Source: Nitrososphaeria archaeon (GTDB lineage Archaea; Thermoproteota; Nitrososphaeria; JACIWG01). From it: a stretch of DNA of 64,000 nucleotides. The notes beneath the pieces were generated by a model, which had not been told where the DNA came from, ran no database searches, and saw only the letters and a list, made by a program, of their open reading frames with translations. Positions 29,982 through 39,629 of the stretch are shown in pieces. Where the stretch lies: positions 160,001 to 224,000 of the forward strand of contig CAVVXT010000012.1 of NCBI GenBank assembly GCA_963752255.1, read 5' to 3'. Position 1 is the first letter of the stretch. Every line of letters starts with the position of its first letter. The position numbers were made by a program, and so were the translations under genes.

Positions 29982-31325
29982 TTATTTTTGGTATGTTCCG
30001 TAGGTTGATGGCGTATATCTTGGTTGCGCAGAAGGCTTTTGTTGGACGGTCTGAGGCTGCGGTGCAGCTGTTGTTGGAGGTTTAGGCTTCTTTATGCGGT
30101 AGTACAGTGTCCCAATCTTCCCTTCAAAATCGCTTAAAATACTGTCGAAGGCCGCGAAAGCTTCTGCCGGTGAACTGAACGGGCTAAAGTAAGGATATGC
30201 AGCTTCAGGAGTAACCGTTTTTGTCGACATATAGTGGAAATGATCACTCTGCTGAAGGAAGCGCCAGAGCTTAGTGACGCCGGCATCATTGATCTCTTTG
30301 ACGATTGGTTCAAGACGATATAACCGGTCAAAGGTGATTCTTTGCATCGAGTTGTCGATCCAAGCAGTACAGTCTTTTTCTACATCAGCCCATGAAATTG
30401 TAGCAGTTTCTGGAACATTTATCGCACCAGACGAGGGATTTGAAGCAACGACCTCACTGGGTGTGGACCAGTTGAGGTTGCCTGCCTTGGCAACTTCTTT
30501 AGGAATGTTCTTAAGAAGATCGAATATGCCTGTTTCAGCCGAATGACGTTCCCCGAAGGTTTGGATGTCAACAGAAATTAGTATTACATCTCCGCCGGTC
30601 CTAGACAGCCACTCGACATATTTGTCCGCAGTAAGCGGGTATTCTCCCCAATTCTTTAGAGAAAAACGGAACCCAATATCGTCTGAAAGAATGCAGTGTC
30701 TAAGAAGCAGCTTTATATTTTCTGCACCGACAGTAGAATATACGTAGGTTGGAGAACGCCCTTCTAGAAGCTTGGGAACGCCTTCTGTTAGAATACCTTG
30801 GAAGCCGAGGGACTCCGCTGCCTTTGATATACCGTTGTTGTAGATGAGTTCTGTGTTCTCGAAGACTTTGACCTCGTAGCCAAAAACTTGCTTAATAAGT
30901 TCCTTGTGCTCCTTCACTTGGGTTGCAAATTCGTTTAAACCTAAACTTGAAAGGGAAGATAGTGAATGATAATATGTACCGCCCAACAGCTCGACACTGC
31001 CTGAAGCAATAAAACTTTTTAATTTCTCAACAAGTTGAGGCTCATAGAGAGCTGCCTGATGGAGAAACATGCCGCTCATACCCAAGGACAGCTTGAAAGG
31101 TTTGTCAGATGAAGAGTTCCCTTTAATTATTTCAGAAAGAATATCAAACGTGGGATTATAGCATTTCTTAGAAACTCTCCCAAAAATTTCTCTGTTAAGC
31201 TTGTCGTCAAAATATCGATCTATTAAAGACTCTCCCGCAGCAATTCTCTTCACTCTTTCGTAAGGGAACATGCGGTTCAGTCTTCTTGGCTGATGAATTT
31301 CTAACACTAGCACTATGTCTGTCAT
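29982..31325 (-). CDS. Glycoside hydrolase family 57 (alpha-amylase-type)
   Basis: EIHQP, GTYYHSL, ENTELIY (nucleophile Glu), LSDDIGFRFS, DIQTFGE (acid/base Asp), QQSDHFHYM. Confidence 0.92.
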   Translation of the reverse strand: MTDIVLVLEIHQPRRLNRMFPYERVKRIAAGESLIDRYFDDKLNREIFGRVSKKCYNPTFDILSEIIKGNSSSDKPFKLSLGMSGMFLHQAALYEPQLVEKLKSFIASGSVELLGGTYYHSLSSLSSLGLNEFATQVKEHKELIKQVFGYEVKVFENTELIYNNGISKAAESLGFQGILTEGVPKLLEGRSPTYVYSTVGAENIKLLLRHCILSDDIGFRFSLKNWGEYPLTADKYVEWLSRTGGDVILISVDIQTFGERHSAETGIFDLLKNIPKEVAKAGNLNWSTPSEVVASNPSSGAINVPETATISWADVEKDCTAWIDNSMQRITFDRLYRLEPIVKEINDAGVTKLWRFLQQSDHFHYMSTKTVTPEAAYPYFSPFSSPAEAFAAFDSILSDFEGKIGTLYYRIKKPKPPTTAAPQPQTVQQKPSAQPRYTPSTYGTYQK

Positions 31326-31402
31326 TTCAACATTAATCCTAAAGTTCTACTAATAAAGTTTATGGACAGTCGAACCGATAATTTCGTGTTCATTGAACAT
31401 TT

Positions 31403-31426
31403 AAGTCACAATTAAGGATGTGACTT
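31403..31426. promoter_or_regulatory. Candidate operator between the divergent GH57 and GT4 genes
   Basis: Perfect inverted repeat AAGTCACA-N8-TGTGACTT. Confidence 0.45.
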
Positions 31427-31486
31427 CAAATAAACATCTACTACAAATTCTTATTAAAAGGATTTAATAACCTTAGAGGGATAAGT

Positions 31487-32728
31487 TTGAAACTTGCAAT
31501 GTTTTGCTGGGAATTTCCACCTCGAATTGTTGGGGGACTTGGCTCTTATATTTCAGAAATAACACCTAAGATTATTTCAAAAGGACACGATATTACAGTC
31601 TTTACGTTTAATGACGGTAAACTCAAAACCCACGACGTGTTTAAAGGTATTGAAGTTCACCGACCGGAGGTTGTTGATATGACAGACGTATTTCCCTCAG
31701 TTGTGAGCGAAGATATTGCGAGATGGGGTAGTGGAACGGAATTTTTTTCGGAAGTTATGACGAGCAACATTTTAAGTTCAGCAAAACTGATCAACCAGCT
31801 TGTCAAATTTGATAACAGGGAATTTAATTTGATAGTCGCTCATGACTGGCTTTCTTTTATGGGTGGAATAATTTCAAAGAGAGAACTCAAACTGCCACTT
31901 GTAACCCACTTTCATTCCACGGAAAAGGGTAGAAGTGTCGGCGATGGATCAAAAACTATCGTAGAACTTGAAACCATCGGCGGAAAAATCGCCGACAAGG
32001 TGATTACCGTGTCTTGTGCCATGATAGAAGATCTAGCGCACATCAATGTACCTAAAGAAAAGATAAACGTCGTATATAACGGCGTGGATCCTCACAAATA
32101 TGATCCGACTGCGATACCAAACGATGTCGCGCAGATCGTTAGAAAAAGATATAACATAAAGGATGATGAGACAATGCTGCTTTTTGTTGGCAGATTAGTT
32201 CCAGTTAAAGGTGTAGATAAACTCATCTACGCTATGGAGCATGTTAACGAGAAATACCCGAAAGCCAAGCTTGTAATCGTTGGCACATCCGACAATGAAC
32301 GATACTACTCAAATCTAATATCAAATCTAAAATTGGATAAAATCGTTATCCCCAGATTTGAGTTCATAAGTGAGGAGGAAAGAATAATTCACTACGCTGC
32401 CTGCGATATGGCCATTTTCCCGAGCCTATATGAACCGTTCGGGATAGTGGCACTAGAGGCCATGAGCATGGAAAAACCCGTCATCGTAGGAGCGAGAGGA
32501 ATTTCTGGCCTTAGAGAAATAGTCCTTCCGTCAGGGCCAGATCAGTGTGGCGTCCACGTTAACCCATATGATCCAGCAGATATAGCATGGGGGATAGGTG
32601 TCCTATTGAGCGATATGACTAAGTCAAAACAGTTTGGAGTTAACGGCAGAAAAAGGGTTCTAGCAAATTTTACGTGGGACAAGGTAGCTGACGATACTAT
32701 AAAAGTATACAAACAGTTAGTTAAGTAG
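31487..32728 (+). CDS. GT4 glycosyltransferase (glycogen synthase-like)
   Basis: WEFPPRIVGGLG, AHDW, HSTEKGR, FVGRL..KG, PSLYEPFGIVALEAM. Confidence 0.9.
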   Translation: MKLAMFCWEFPPRIVGGLGSYISEITPKIISKGHDITVFTFNDGKLKTHDVFKGIEVHRPEVVDMTDVFPSVVSEDIARWGSGTEFFSEVMTSNILSSAKLINQLVKFDNREFNLIVAHDWLSFMGGIISKRELKLPLVTHFHSTEKGRSVGDGSKTIVELETIGGKIADKVITVSCAMIEDLAHINVPKEKINVVYNGVDPHKYDPTAIPNDVAQIVRKRYNIKDDETMLLFVGRLVPVKGVDKLIYAMEHVNEKYPKAKLVIVGTSDNERYYSNLISNLKLDKIVIPRFEFISEEERIIHYAACDMAIFPSLYEPFGIVALEAMSMEKPVIVGARGISGLREIVLPSGPDQCGVHVNPYDPADIAWGIGVLLSDMTKSKQFGVNGRKRVLANFTWDKVADDTIKVYKQLVK

Positions 32729-32738
32729 GTGCAGGGAT

Positions 32739-33788
32739 ACGGGAGAAATTAGAAAGGACTACTTTGTCGATAGGTGGGTCGTAATAGAGCCTGGAAGAGC
32801 TAAAAGACCTTCAGACTTTAAGGTTCCGAGAGAAGAGAAGGAGGAAGGGGTCTGCCTTTTTTGCCCAGGAAACGAAAATCTAACTCCTCCGTCGATATAT
32901 ACGATAATATATGAAAACAACATGTACATAAAGAAACAGGACAGTGGAGAAGAGAGAGTCAAAAATTGGACTGTTAGAGTTTTTCCCAACAAGTACCCTA
33001 TAGTCTCACTCGAACCAGAAGCTGAACATACCAACTACCCGATAGAGAGCGAGCCCGCATATGGACATCACTATATTGTTGTTCCAACACCAAACCATGA
33101 TGATAAATTCATAAATTTCTCTAAAGAACAATGGTCAGGACTGATCAACGTTTTAAACGATATGGTGCAATACTTGTACGGTAACAAAGTTAAGGGTGTC
33201 GGATACATTTCGATCTTTATAAATAATGGAAAAGAGGCGGGCGCATCAATAAAGCATCCACATGTACAGATAGTTACAACCCAAAATATTCCTCCTCCAA
33301 TATTAAGTGAAATATCAAGCATAGAAAGGCATCCGACGTTTGGAAGGTGCCTACACTGTAATATTATCAGATCTGAGACCGGTGGTCCAAGAAACATCTA
33401 CACTTCAAAGTACTTTATAGCCATCACACCATGGGCTTCCTTTAATCCCTACGAATTCTGGATATATCCAATAAAACATGAGACAAAATTTTCTGAAATA
33501 AGCTCAGACAAAGTCGACGACCTAGCACAGATACTAAAGATCATGATGGGGGCCCTAGGTGCAACAGTCGGCGATATCCCATTTAATCTAGTTTTCCATA
33601 TATCTCCTGAAAAAAGGACAACGAAACAGCTGCATTGGCACATTGAAGTGTATCCTAGGCTTACAACGTATGCAGGATTAGAACTAGGGTCAGGCATATA
33701 TGTCAACCCCGTGCCACCAGAGCAGGCATGCATCGTCCTAGGTGTTGCGGCTAGGAAGGAGCATGCGAAGATGTACGGCATAGAGTAA
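32739..33788 (+). CDS. galT: GalT-family hexose-1-phosphate nucleotidyltransferase
   Basis: The frame extends upstream of 32922 to (ACG)GEIRKDYFVDRWVV..RAKRP..CLFCPGNE; FPNKYP, GASIKHPHVQ, HWHIEVYPR, AGLELGSG. Confidence 0.9.
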   Translation, partial: TGEIRKDYFVDRWVVIEPGRAKRPSDFKVPREEKEEGVCLFCPGNENLTPPSIYTIIYENNMYIKKQDSGEERVKNWTVRVFPNKYPIVSLEPEAEHTNYPIESEPAYGHHYIVVPTPNHDDKFINFSKEQWSGLINVLNDMVQYLYGNKVKGVGYISIFINNGKEAGASIKHPHVQIVTTQNIPPPILSEISSIERHPTFGRCLHCNIIRSETGGPRNIYTSKYFIAITPWASFNPYEFWIYPIKHETKFSEISSDKVDDLAQILKIMMGALGATVGDIPFNLVFHISPEKRTTKQLHWHIEVYPRLTTYAGLELGSGIYVNPVPPEQACIVLGVAARKEHAKMYGIE

Positions 33789-34000
33789 GGGATGACCGTA
33801 ATCCTCATGTGATAAAGGGAAATCTAGTCATATTAGCCAAACGCGTTCATCCCCACAGAAGCCCCTGTCTGAGGTATGGGTTTGATGCCAAGAATTTAGA
33901 TTGCAGAACGTTCTGTGTTTAAAAAAGGATAAATCATCTGATCTGACACCATTTTTTATATATAGATTACTGGCATATTTTCAAAAAGAGAGTTATGAAT

Positions 34001-35179
34001 TTATTTATCATTCCTCTCATTTATTGCACCCTTGTATAAATCTAAAGTTTTTTCAGCGATGATGGACCACGAAAATTCTTTCTCAATACTTTCTCTACCC
34101 TTCTCTTTCAAATGTTCTGCTAGACCACGGTCAGAAAGAACCCTGTCAACACCCCAGAAGATCGAAGGCGGGTTCTGCGGAAAGACCTTTATTCCGTTAT
34201 CCTCATGACTAATAATTTCGGACAAACCATCGATATCACTTACAACGACAGGAACACCGGCAGCCATCCCCTCTAAAGCAACTATTCCAAATGGCTCGTA
34301 TATGGAGGGGACGACAAGGACGTCTGTGCTCTTCATCAGTTTGACCATTTCTACATCTGGGAGAAACCCAGTAAAAATAACCCTATTTGAAACTCCTAGA
34401 CGTGAGGCTTCGGATTCCAGGTAGCTTCTGGATGGACCATCCCCTACAATTAATAGCTTGGCGTTATATTTACTCAAAATCTGTGGCATCGCTCTAATAA
34501 GGTATTCGCAGCCTTTTTGAGCTGTCAGTCTCCCTACAAAAAGGATCATCTGTTCCTTCCAGTATACGCCGTAGCTTTCCCTAGTTTTTGACACTTCAAC
34601 ATTAATATTTATCCTCTCAGAATCAATACCGTTTGGAATAACACTTATCTTACTGGGATTTATGCTGAACTTCTGCATTGCATCGTTCTTCATCGAATTA
34701 CTACACACTATTAACTTTGAAGAATCATATGAACCCCACCATTCAATACTTTCGATCATCATAGATTCTAAAGTCTTCGAACCCAAGCTCCTTCTAAATT
34801 CTAGGCTATGAAATGTTAAAACAAAAACAGAGGAAGTGTAGAGTTTAGCTTCACTAGCCGAAGGGACAACCATCCAATCGTGACCATGAACGATATCGAA
34901 GGAACCATAATCTTTGATCAGCTGAGCAATTTTCTTGCTGAAGAAATGATTCATTAAATATATCCAATTGTAAAAATTTGGTGCGGGAATTTGTATCTGT
35001 GTACGAACTATATGGATTCCATCTTTTGTTTCAGTAAGCGGACTATCATGTGCCTCTGGAGTTATCACTGTAACATCAACGCCTTCCTTTACAAGAAATT
35101 TTGAAAGCTCATAAACGTGTCTAGCTATGCCACCGATAATATTAGGTGGAAACTCCCAAGATAGCATCAAAACACGCAA
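34001..35179 (-). CDS. GT4 glycosyltransferase
   Basis: SWEFPPNIIGGIA, HGHDW, FVGRL..KG, PSIYEPFGIVALEGM. Confidence 0.9.
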   Translation of the reverse strand: MRVLMLSWEFPPNIIGGIARHVYELSKFLVKEGVDVTVITPEAHDSPLTETKDGIHIVRTQIQIPAPNFYNWIYLMNHFFSKKIAQLIKDYGSFDIVHGHDWMVVPSASEAKLYTSSVFVLTFHSLEFRRSLGSKTLESMMIESIEWWGSYDSSKLIVCSNSMKNDAMQKFSINPSKISVIPNGIDSERININVEVSKTRESYGVYWKEQMILFVGRLTAQKGCEYLIRAMPQILSKYNAKLLIVGDGPSRSYLESEASRLGVSNRVIFTGFLPDVEMVKLMKSTDVLVVPSIYEPFGIVALEGMAAGVPVVVSDIDGLSEIISHEDNGIKVFPQNPPSIFWGVDRVLSDRGLAEHLKEKGRESIEKEFSWSIIAEKTLDLYKGAINERNDK

Positions 35180-35181
35180 TT

Positions 35182-35511
35182 TCAGTCACCTGAATCCCAT
35201 TTATGGAAACAAATTTTCCGTCGTGTCATAGTTACGTAATTGATAGGAAATCTCTTTTTTTCAGGCTGAGAGGACTCTACATGCTGGTAGGTGGACGATT
35301 TCCTAGCGCTTGGCCGCTTGTGCCCGCAGTTTCCCTCCATAAAAATCTCTATTTCATTTATAACGTCAATCACGTTCAACCAACCTATTTTTGGCTCTGA
35401 TTGATCTCCGATCCCTAGCGCTAAAACATATTCTGGTAGATAGGGTGGGATTAAATACGGTAACCTGTATCCTTCTCCATCGGCCATAACAGCTATGTCC
35501 GTATCTTCCAC
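35182..35511 (-). CDS. Hypothetical protein
   Basis: GTG ORF whose stop overlaps the AGGTGA SD of the downstream GT4 gene; no motif. Confidence 0.4.
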   Translation of the reverse strand: MEDTDIAVMADGEGYRLPYLIPPYLPEYVLALGIGDQSEPKIGWLNVIDVINEIEIFMEGNCGHKRPSARKSSTYQHVESSQPEKKRFPINYVTMTRRKICFHKWDSGD

Positions 35512-35543
35512 AACTTAAGTTAAGTAAAGGCTACATAAATAAT

Positions 35544-35819
35544 TTACATAATCTCTTTAAGATTCGCAACTAAAGAGAGAGTGTACCCAGATAATCCAAT
35601 TCTTTTAAGAACTTTTTTTAGGTAATCGATATCCTTTGTCTTCGAAGGGTCTACTTTATTCATTACAGCAAGATATACCGTCGATACGTCCAATAAGTAA
35701 AAGTAGCATATTATTTGGTTAAGTGTCTGACCCTCTGGATAAAGCTCCATTATGTTAGAAGGATCGCATTCTCTTAAATCTGCGAGGGAAACAGCATCCT
35801 TTGTCATATTTACGATCAA
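35544..35819 (-). CDS. Hypothetical protein
   Basis: About 87-91 aa ORF preceded by a TATA-like TTTATATC on the minus strand. Confidence 0.5.
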   Translation of the reverse strand: MIVNMTKDAVSLADLRECDPSNIMELYPEGQTLNQIICYFYLLDVSTVYLAVMNKVDPSKTKDIDYLKKVLKRIGLSGYTLSLVANLKEIM

Positions 35820-35923
35820 ATTGTAGTTGTACTAGATATAAATTTTTTTTTAAATAAAAAATAAGATAGGGTCTAGCGCCCCTCATTGCCTTCAATATAT
35901 TTTAGGTCTTTGTATCTTTGGGT

Positions 35924-36340
35924 TTAAGCCTTTTTGGCTACAATGATGTCGCATGTAGAAACGTTTCTTATAATCCCCTCAGGTGTGTGTATTGCTTCTG
36001 TTCCTAAATTGGTTTCTTTTATATAGAATTTGCCTTCTCCAAATCTGTTAATCAGTACTTGTGATACATCTACTGCCATGCTGATTGCTCTACCTCTTGA
36101 TTTGATGCTGATGAAAGACGATTGTGACAGTTGCAGGACAGCTGAGAGCACGTAAGCCATGACACCCTTCTTCCCGATGTATATAACGTTAGGTTCTGAT
36201 CTCCTCTGAGGAGTTGGGGCAAAAGTTGGGGCAAAAGTTGGGGCAAAAGTTGGGGCAGTAGGGGCAGCCTTTGTTTCTTCCGGCGCGTCTTCTGAGACAA
36301 CATTACTGTTTTCTTCAGTCTTTTTGATTGCTTTGGTCAT
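35924..36340 (-). CDS. albA: Alba DNA/RNA-binding protein with N-terminal low-complexity extension
   Basis: NVIYIGKKGVMAYV, IKSRGRAISMAVDV, LGTE, RNVS. Confidence 0.92.
   Translation of the reverse strand: MTKAIKKTEENSNVVSEDAPEETKAAPTAPTFAPTFAPTFAPTPQRRSEPNVIYIGKKGVMAYVLSAVLQLSQSSFISIKSRGRAISMAVDVSQVLINRFGEGKFYIKETNLGTEAIHTPEGIIRNVSTCDIIVAKKA
36212..36267. repeat. 12-bp tandem repeat AGTTGGGGCAAA x3 plus degenerate copies, encoding (APTF)n in Alba
   Basis: Directly visible at 36212-36258, with a degenerate unit to 36267. Confidence 0.95.
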
Positions 36341-36417
36341 ATTTTTCTCCTGAACATTAGGGACGAAAATCTGATTAATAACTTTGTCGGTTTTCGTCTC
36401 CCAAAACTAAAGGAAGA

Positions 36418-36687
36418 TCATAGAAGGTATTGTAGAGCTATATCTTGATATGTGCTATCAGGAAGCTGACGTCTTATAGATATAGGTAAAGCTTTCGCAT
36501 AAAGCTCCCTCTTTGCAATCTCTGTTACATTGAAAAGATCATCACGAGCTATAAATGATGGTGCACCATATGACAGCTGAAGAGCTCTTGCACCAATTAT
36601 TCTGGCCCGCTCATACTTAGTTAATTTTGGAGGCCCAATTGTTATCTTAAACAAACTAGATACTTTTTGATGAGATTTTTTAGACAT
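36418..36687 (-). CDS. rpoK: RNA polymerase subunit K (Rpo6)
   Basis: GPPKLTKYERARIIGARALQL, LPISIRR.LP. Confidence 0.95.
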   Translation of the reverse strand: MSKKSHQKVSSLFKITIGPPKLTKYERARIIGARALQLSYGAPSFIARDDLFNVTEIAKRELYAKALPISIRRQLPDSTYQDIALQYLL

Positions 36688-36791
36688 TAGAGAAAATCAC
36701 CGTTCCCAGCACATTCCCCTTTAACGAAGTCCTTTTTGAAAGTTTCGGTCACACTTTTAAAAGAATTATAAACCAGGGTGGAAATTAGTAT

Positions 36792-37184
36792 ATGACGTTA
36801 TTGTCGACTGTAGGAACTGTTTCTAGACAGAAATTTAGGATAACTATTACAGGCAAAGGCGAAGTTATCGCTAATTTATACAGACACCTATCTCCATCGA
36901 CACTGTTAAGGTTAAACAAGATCCTCCCATTAGAAACCCACGTAATAAGGCAAAATGGTGTTATTGTTATGCCTGTAAATGTTATAGCGGGCAAGGAAAA
37001 GATCAGAGACGAATTTAAGAGAGGTGAAATTGCGTTTGGTCTCCAAGAAGTAGCTTTAGTGGTTTTCCTTGAAGAAACAAAGGTTGCTAGAAAGTACAAC
37101 ATAATAGGTGAAGTGGAGACAGGGCTTGACCTATTAGATAGTATTGTTCACAGTGAAACCGTCAAGATTGAAAGAATAGATTAA
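36792..37184 (+). CDS. Cyclophilin-like fold protein (DUF369/TM1367-like)
   Basis: HLSPST..LP, GKEK..FKRGEIAF, NIIGEV pattern. Confidence 0.7.
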   Translation: MTLLSTVGTVSRQKFRITITGKGEVIANLYRHLSPSTLLRLNKILPLETHVIRQNGVIVMPVNVIAGKEKIRDEFKRGEIAFGLQEVALVVFLEETKVARKYNIIGEVETGLDLLDSIVHSETVKIERID

Positions 37185-37190
37185 AATCCA

Positions 37191-37514
37191 TTATTCCTTG
37201 AACTTGTAGATAAAATGGCTACTAAAGCCGCCTACCTTCACGATTAAGCCCTTTGATTCAAGAGTTTTAAGGAATTGATTAGCTGCTGAGGCAGTAACAC
37301 CTAAAGCTTTGGCGACCGAATATAATGTTAAGGACTTTGCAGCCTTTAACTGATTTAATGCTTCTTTCTCATCCCTCACACGATCTTTATATTCTTCACG
37401 CCTAGGAGAACGTCCTCCCTTTTTTTCTGACTTAGCTTTAGCAGCCTGTTCTTCGGATTCTTTCCCCTGAGCCTTTTCTTCAGACGTTATACTCCTTTTC
37501 TTTGTTCCACCCAT
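37191..37514 (-). CDS. rps25e: 30S ribosomal protein S25e
   Basis: MGGTKK N-terminus, winged helix LTLYSVAKALGV..A..LKTLESKGLI, IY C-terminus. Confidence 0.88.
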   Translation of the reverse strand: MGGTKKRSITSEEKAQGKESEEQAAKAKSEKKGGRSPRREEYKDRVRDEKEALNQLKAAKSLTLYSVAKALGVTASAANQFLKTLESKGLIVKVGGFSSHFIYKFKE

Positions 37515-37618
37515 GATTGTTCAGCCAATTACACCCAACGTTCAAATAGATTAACCTTTCTATTGTCAAAGAAAAAGTTAATTAAACTAGAATCTAAAAT
37601 ACAACTATAGATAAGCCA

Positions 37619-39392
37619 ATGAACTTCTCAGAGCTTTCAGACATATTAGAAAGACTATCGGAAACAACAAAAAGACTGGAGATGATAAGCATACTAGGCA
37701 GAACTCTTTAAAAAAACAGACCCAGACGTAATCGATAAAGTTATCTACATGATACAGGGGAAATTGTATCCTGATTATGTAGGAATAGAAACTGGCATAG
37801 CTGAAAAGACTGCAGCAAAAGTAATAGCTAACGTTTCAGGTGTCAGTATTGCGAAGGTAGAAGAACTTACTTCGAAATTAGGTGATTTAGGTAACGTTGC
37901 AGAAAAACTTCTAAATAAAAAAACGCAGGTGACCCTTTTTTCTGAACAGCTCACAGTAGAAAAAGTGTATTCTGCTTTAGACAAGACTGCACGAACAAAA
38001 GGATCCGGAGCACAAGAGATGAAACAAAAAATACTTTCGGGACTTTTAAATGAAAGCAAATCCAACGAAGCTAAATTTTTGATAAGATTTGTGATCGGAA
38101 CACTGAGACTTGGAGTTGCAGACTATACGATACTAGACGGTCTGGCCCAAGCGTTCAGTGGGGGTAAAGACAGCAGAAATTTGATTGAGAGAGCCTACAA
38201 CGTATCCAGCGATCTGGGACTCGTAGCAAAAGTTCTTTCGAAAGGAGGGATAAATAGCTTAAATAGTTTCAGCATTACAGTCGGAAGACCTATCAGACCA
38301 ATGCTCGCTGAGAGACTGACAACAGCCCAAGAAGTTGTCGAAAAGATGAAGGGTGAGGTCTCCGTAGAATACAAACTTGATGGTGAAAGAGTCCAAATAC
38401 ATAAGAATCGAACAGATATATTACTTTTCTCAAGAAGACTTGAGAAAATAACGCATCACTATCCAGATGTCGCGAGCGCTGCCAAAAAAAATCTAGTCTT
38501 TGATGTCGGAATCGTTGAAGGAGAGATCGTTGCAATAAATAAGGACACGGGAGAACTCAGACCCTTCCAGGAGCTTATGCACAGAAGAAGAAAGTACGAA
38601 GTTGAGAAGGCCATGGAAGGAATACCTACAGTTGTCTATCTTTTCGATATACTCTCACTAAAAGGCAGGGACTTAACACAACAACCTTATCACGTTCGAA
38701 GAAAGCTGCTAATAGAGAACTTAAAGGAAGGTATCTCGATTAAAGTTGTACCAAATATAATAACCTCGAAACCCGAAGAAATTGAAAAATTTATGAATAA
38801 AGCAATCTCCGACGGATGTGAAGGCGTTGTAGTAAAGGACTTGAACGGCACCTATAGGGCTGGCGCAAGAGAATTTAGCTGGATAAAACTAAAAAGGGAA
38901 TACAGAAGCGAATTAGCTGACACCCTTGATCTTGTAATTGTAGGGGCCTTCTATGGTAAAGGAAAGAGAACGGGCAAGTATGGAACATTTCTTCTAGCAG
39001 CCTATGACGACGATAAAGACATTTTTGAGTCCATCAGCAAAGTCGGCACAGGATTCACAGACGAAAATCTTGGCAAATTCCAGAGGCTTCTTAACCAATA
39101 TAAGATTAAGCACGCACACAGCAGAGTGAACTCTAAAATAGAAACAGACGTTTGGTTTATTCCACAAGTTGTGATAGAAGTTGCAGCCTCAGAAATAACG
39201 TTCAGCCCTATCTACACAGCAGGCTATAACACGCTTAGAAAAGATGCAGGCCTAGCGCTGAGATTTCCAAAATTCACGGGACGAATAAGAGACGATAAAA
39301 ACCCGGAGGACGCGACTACAGTCAAAGAAGTTATTGAACTGTACCAGAAGAGGCTTAGTAGAATACAACCAGCAAGCAGCGACAATGTTTAG
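37619..39392 (+). CDS. lig: ATP-dependent DNA ligase, frameshift near 37697
   Basis: ATG 37619 MNFSELS..TTKRLEM joins the main frame after removing one G; EYKLDGERVQIH, EGE, EGVVVK, WIKLK, LRFPKF..RDDK. Confidence 0.95.
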
Positions 39393-39629
39393 CCTTCTTG
39401 ATCATTTAACGACACGTTTGAAATGAATTTTATTGGAGTTCCTTTGCAATTAATAAAAGAAAATTAGATAATCGAGACAGTGCTAAGAGACGTACATGCA
39501 TTTAAATCATTAAAAATCACACGTAATAAAATTATTTAAAAAACTCCTTAACATGGACGTAACTTTCACGCAGAGTCGCAACTAATTTATGTTAATTAAA
39601 AGTTTATGCTTGTTTAAAAATAATCATAG

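Noticed and set aside
36212-36267. Repeats here and at 47760-47827 as CRISPR arrays
   Set aside because: Units are 11-12 bp with no 30-40 nt unique spacers and there are no cas genes
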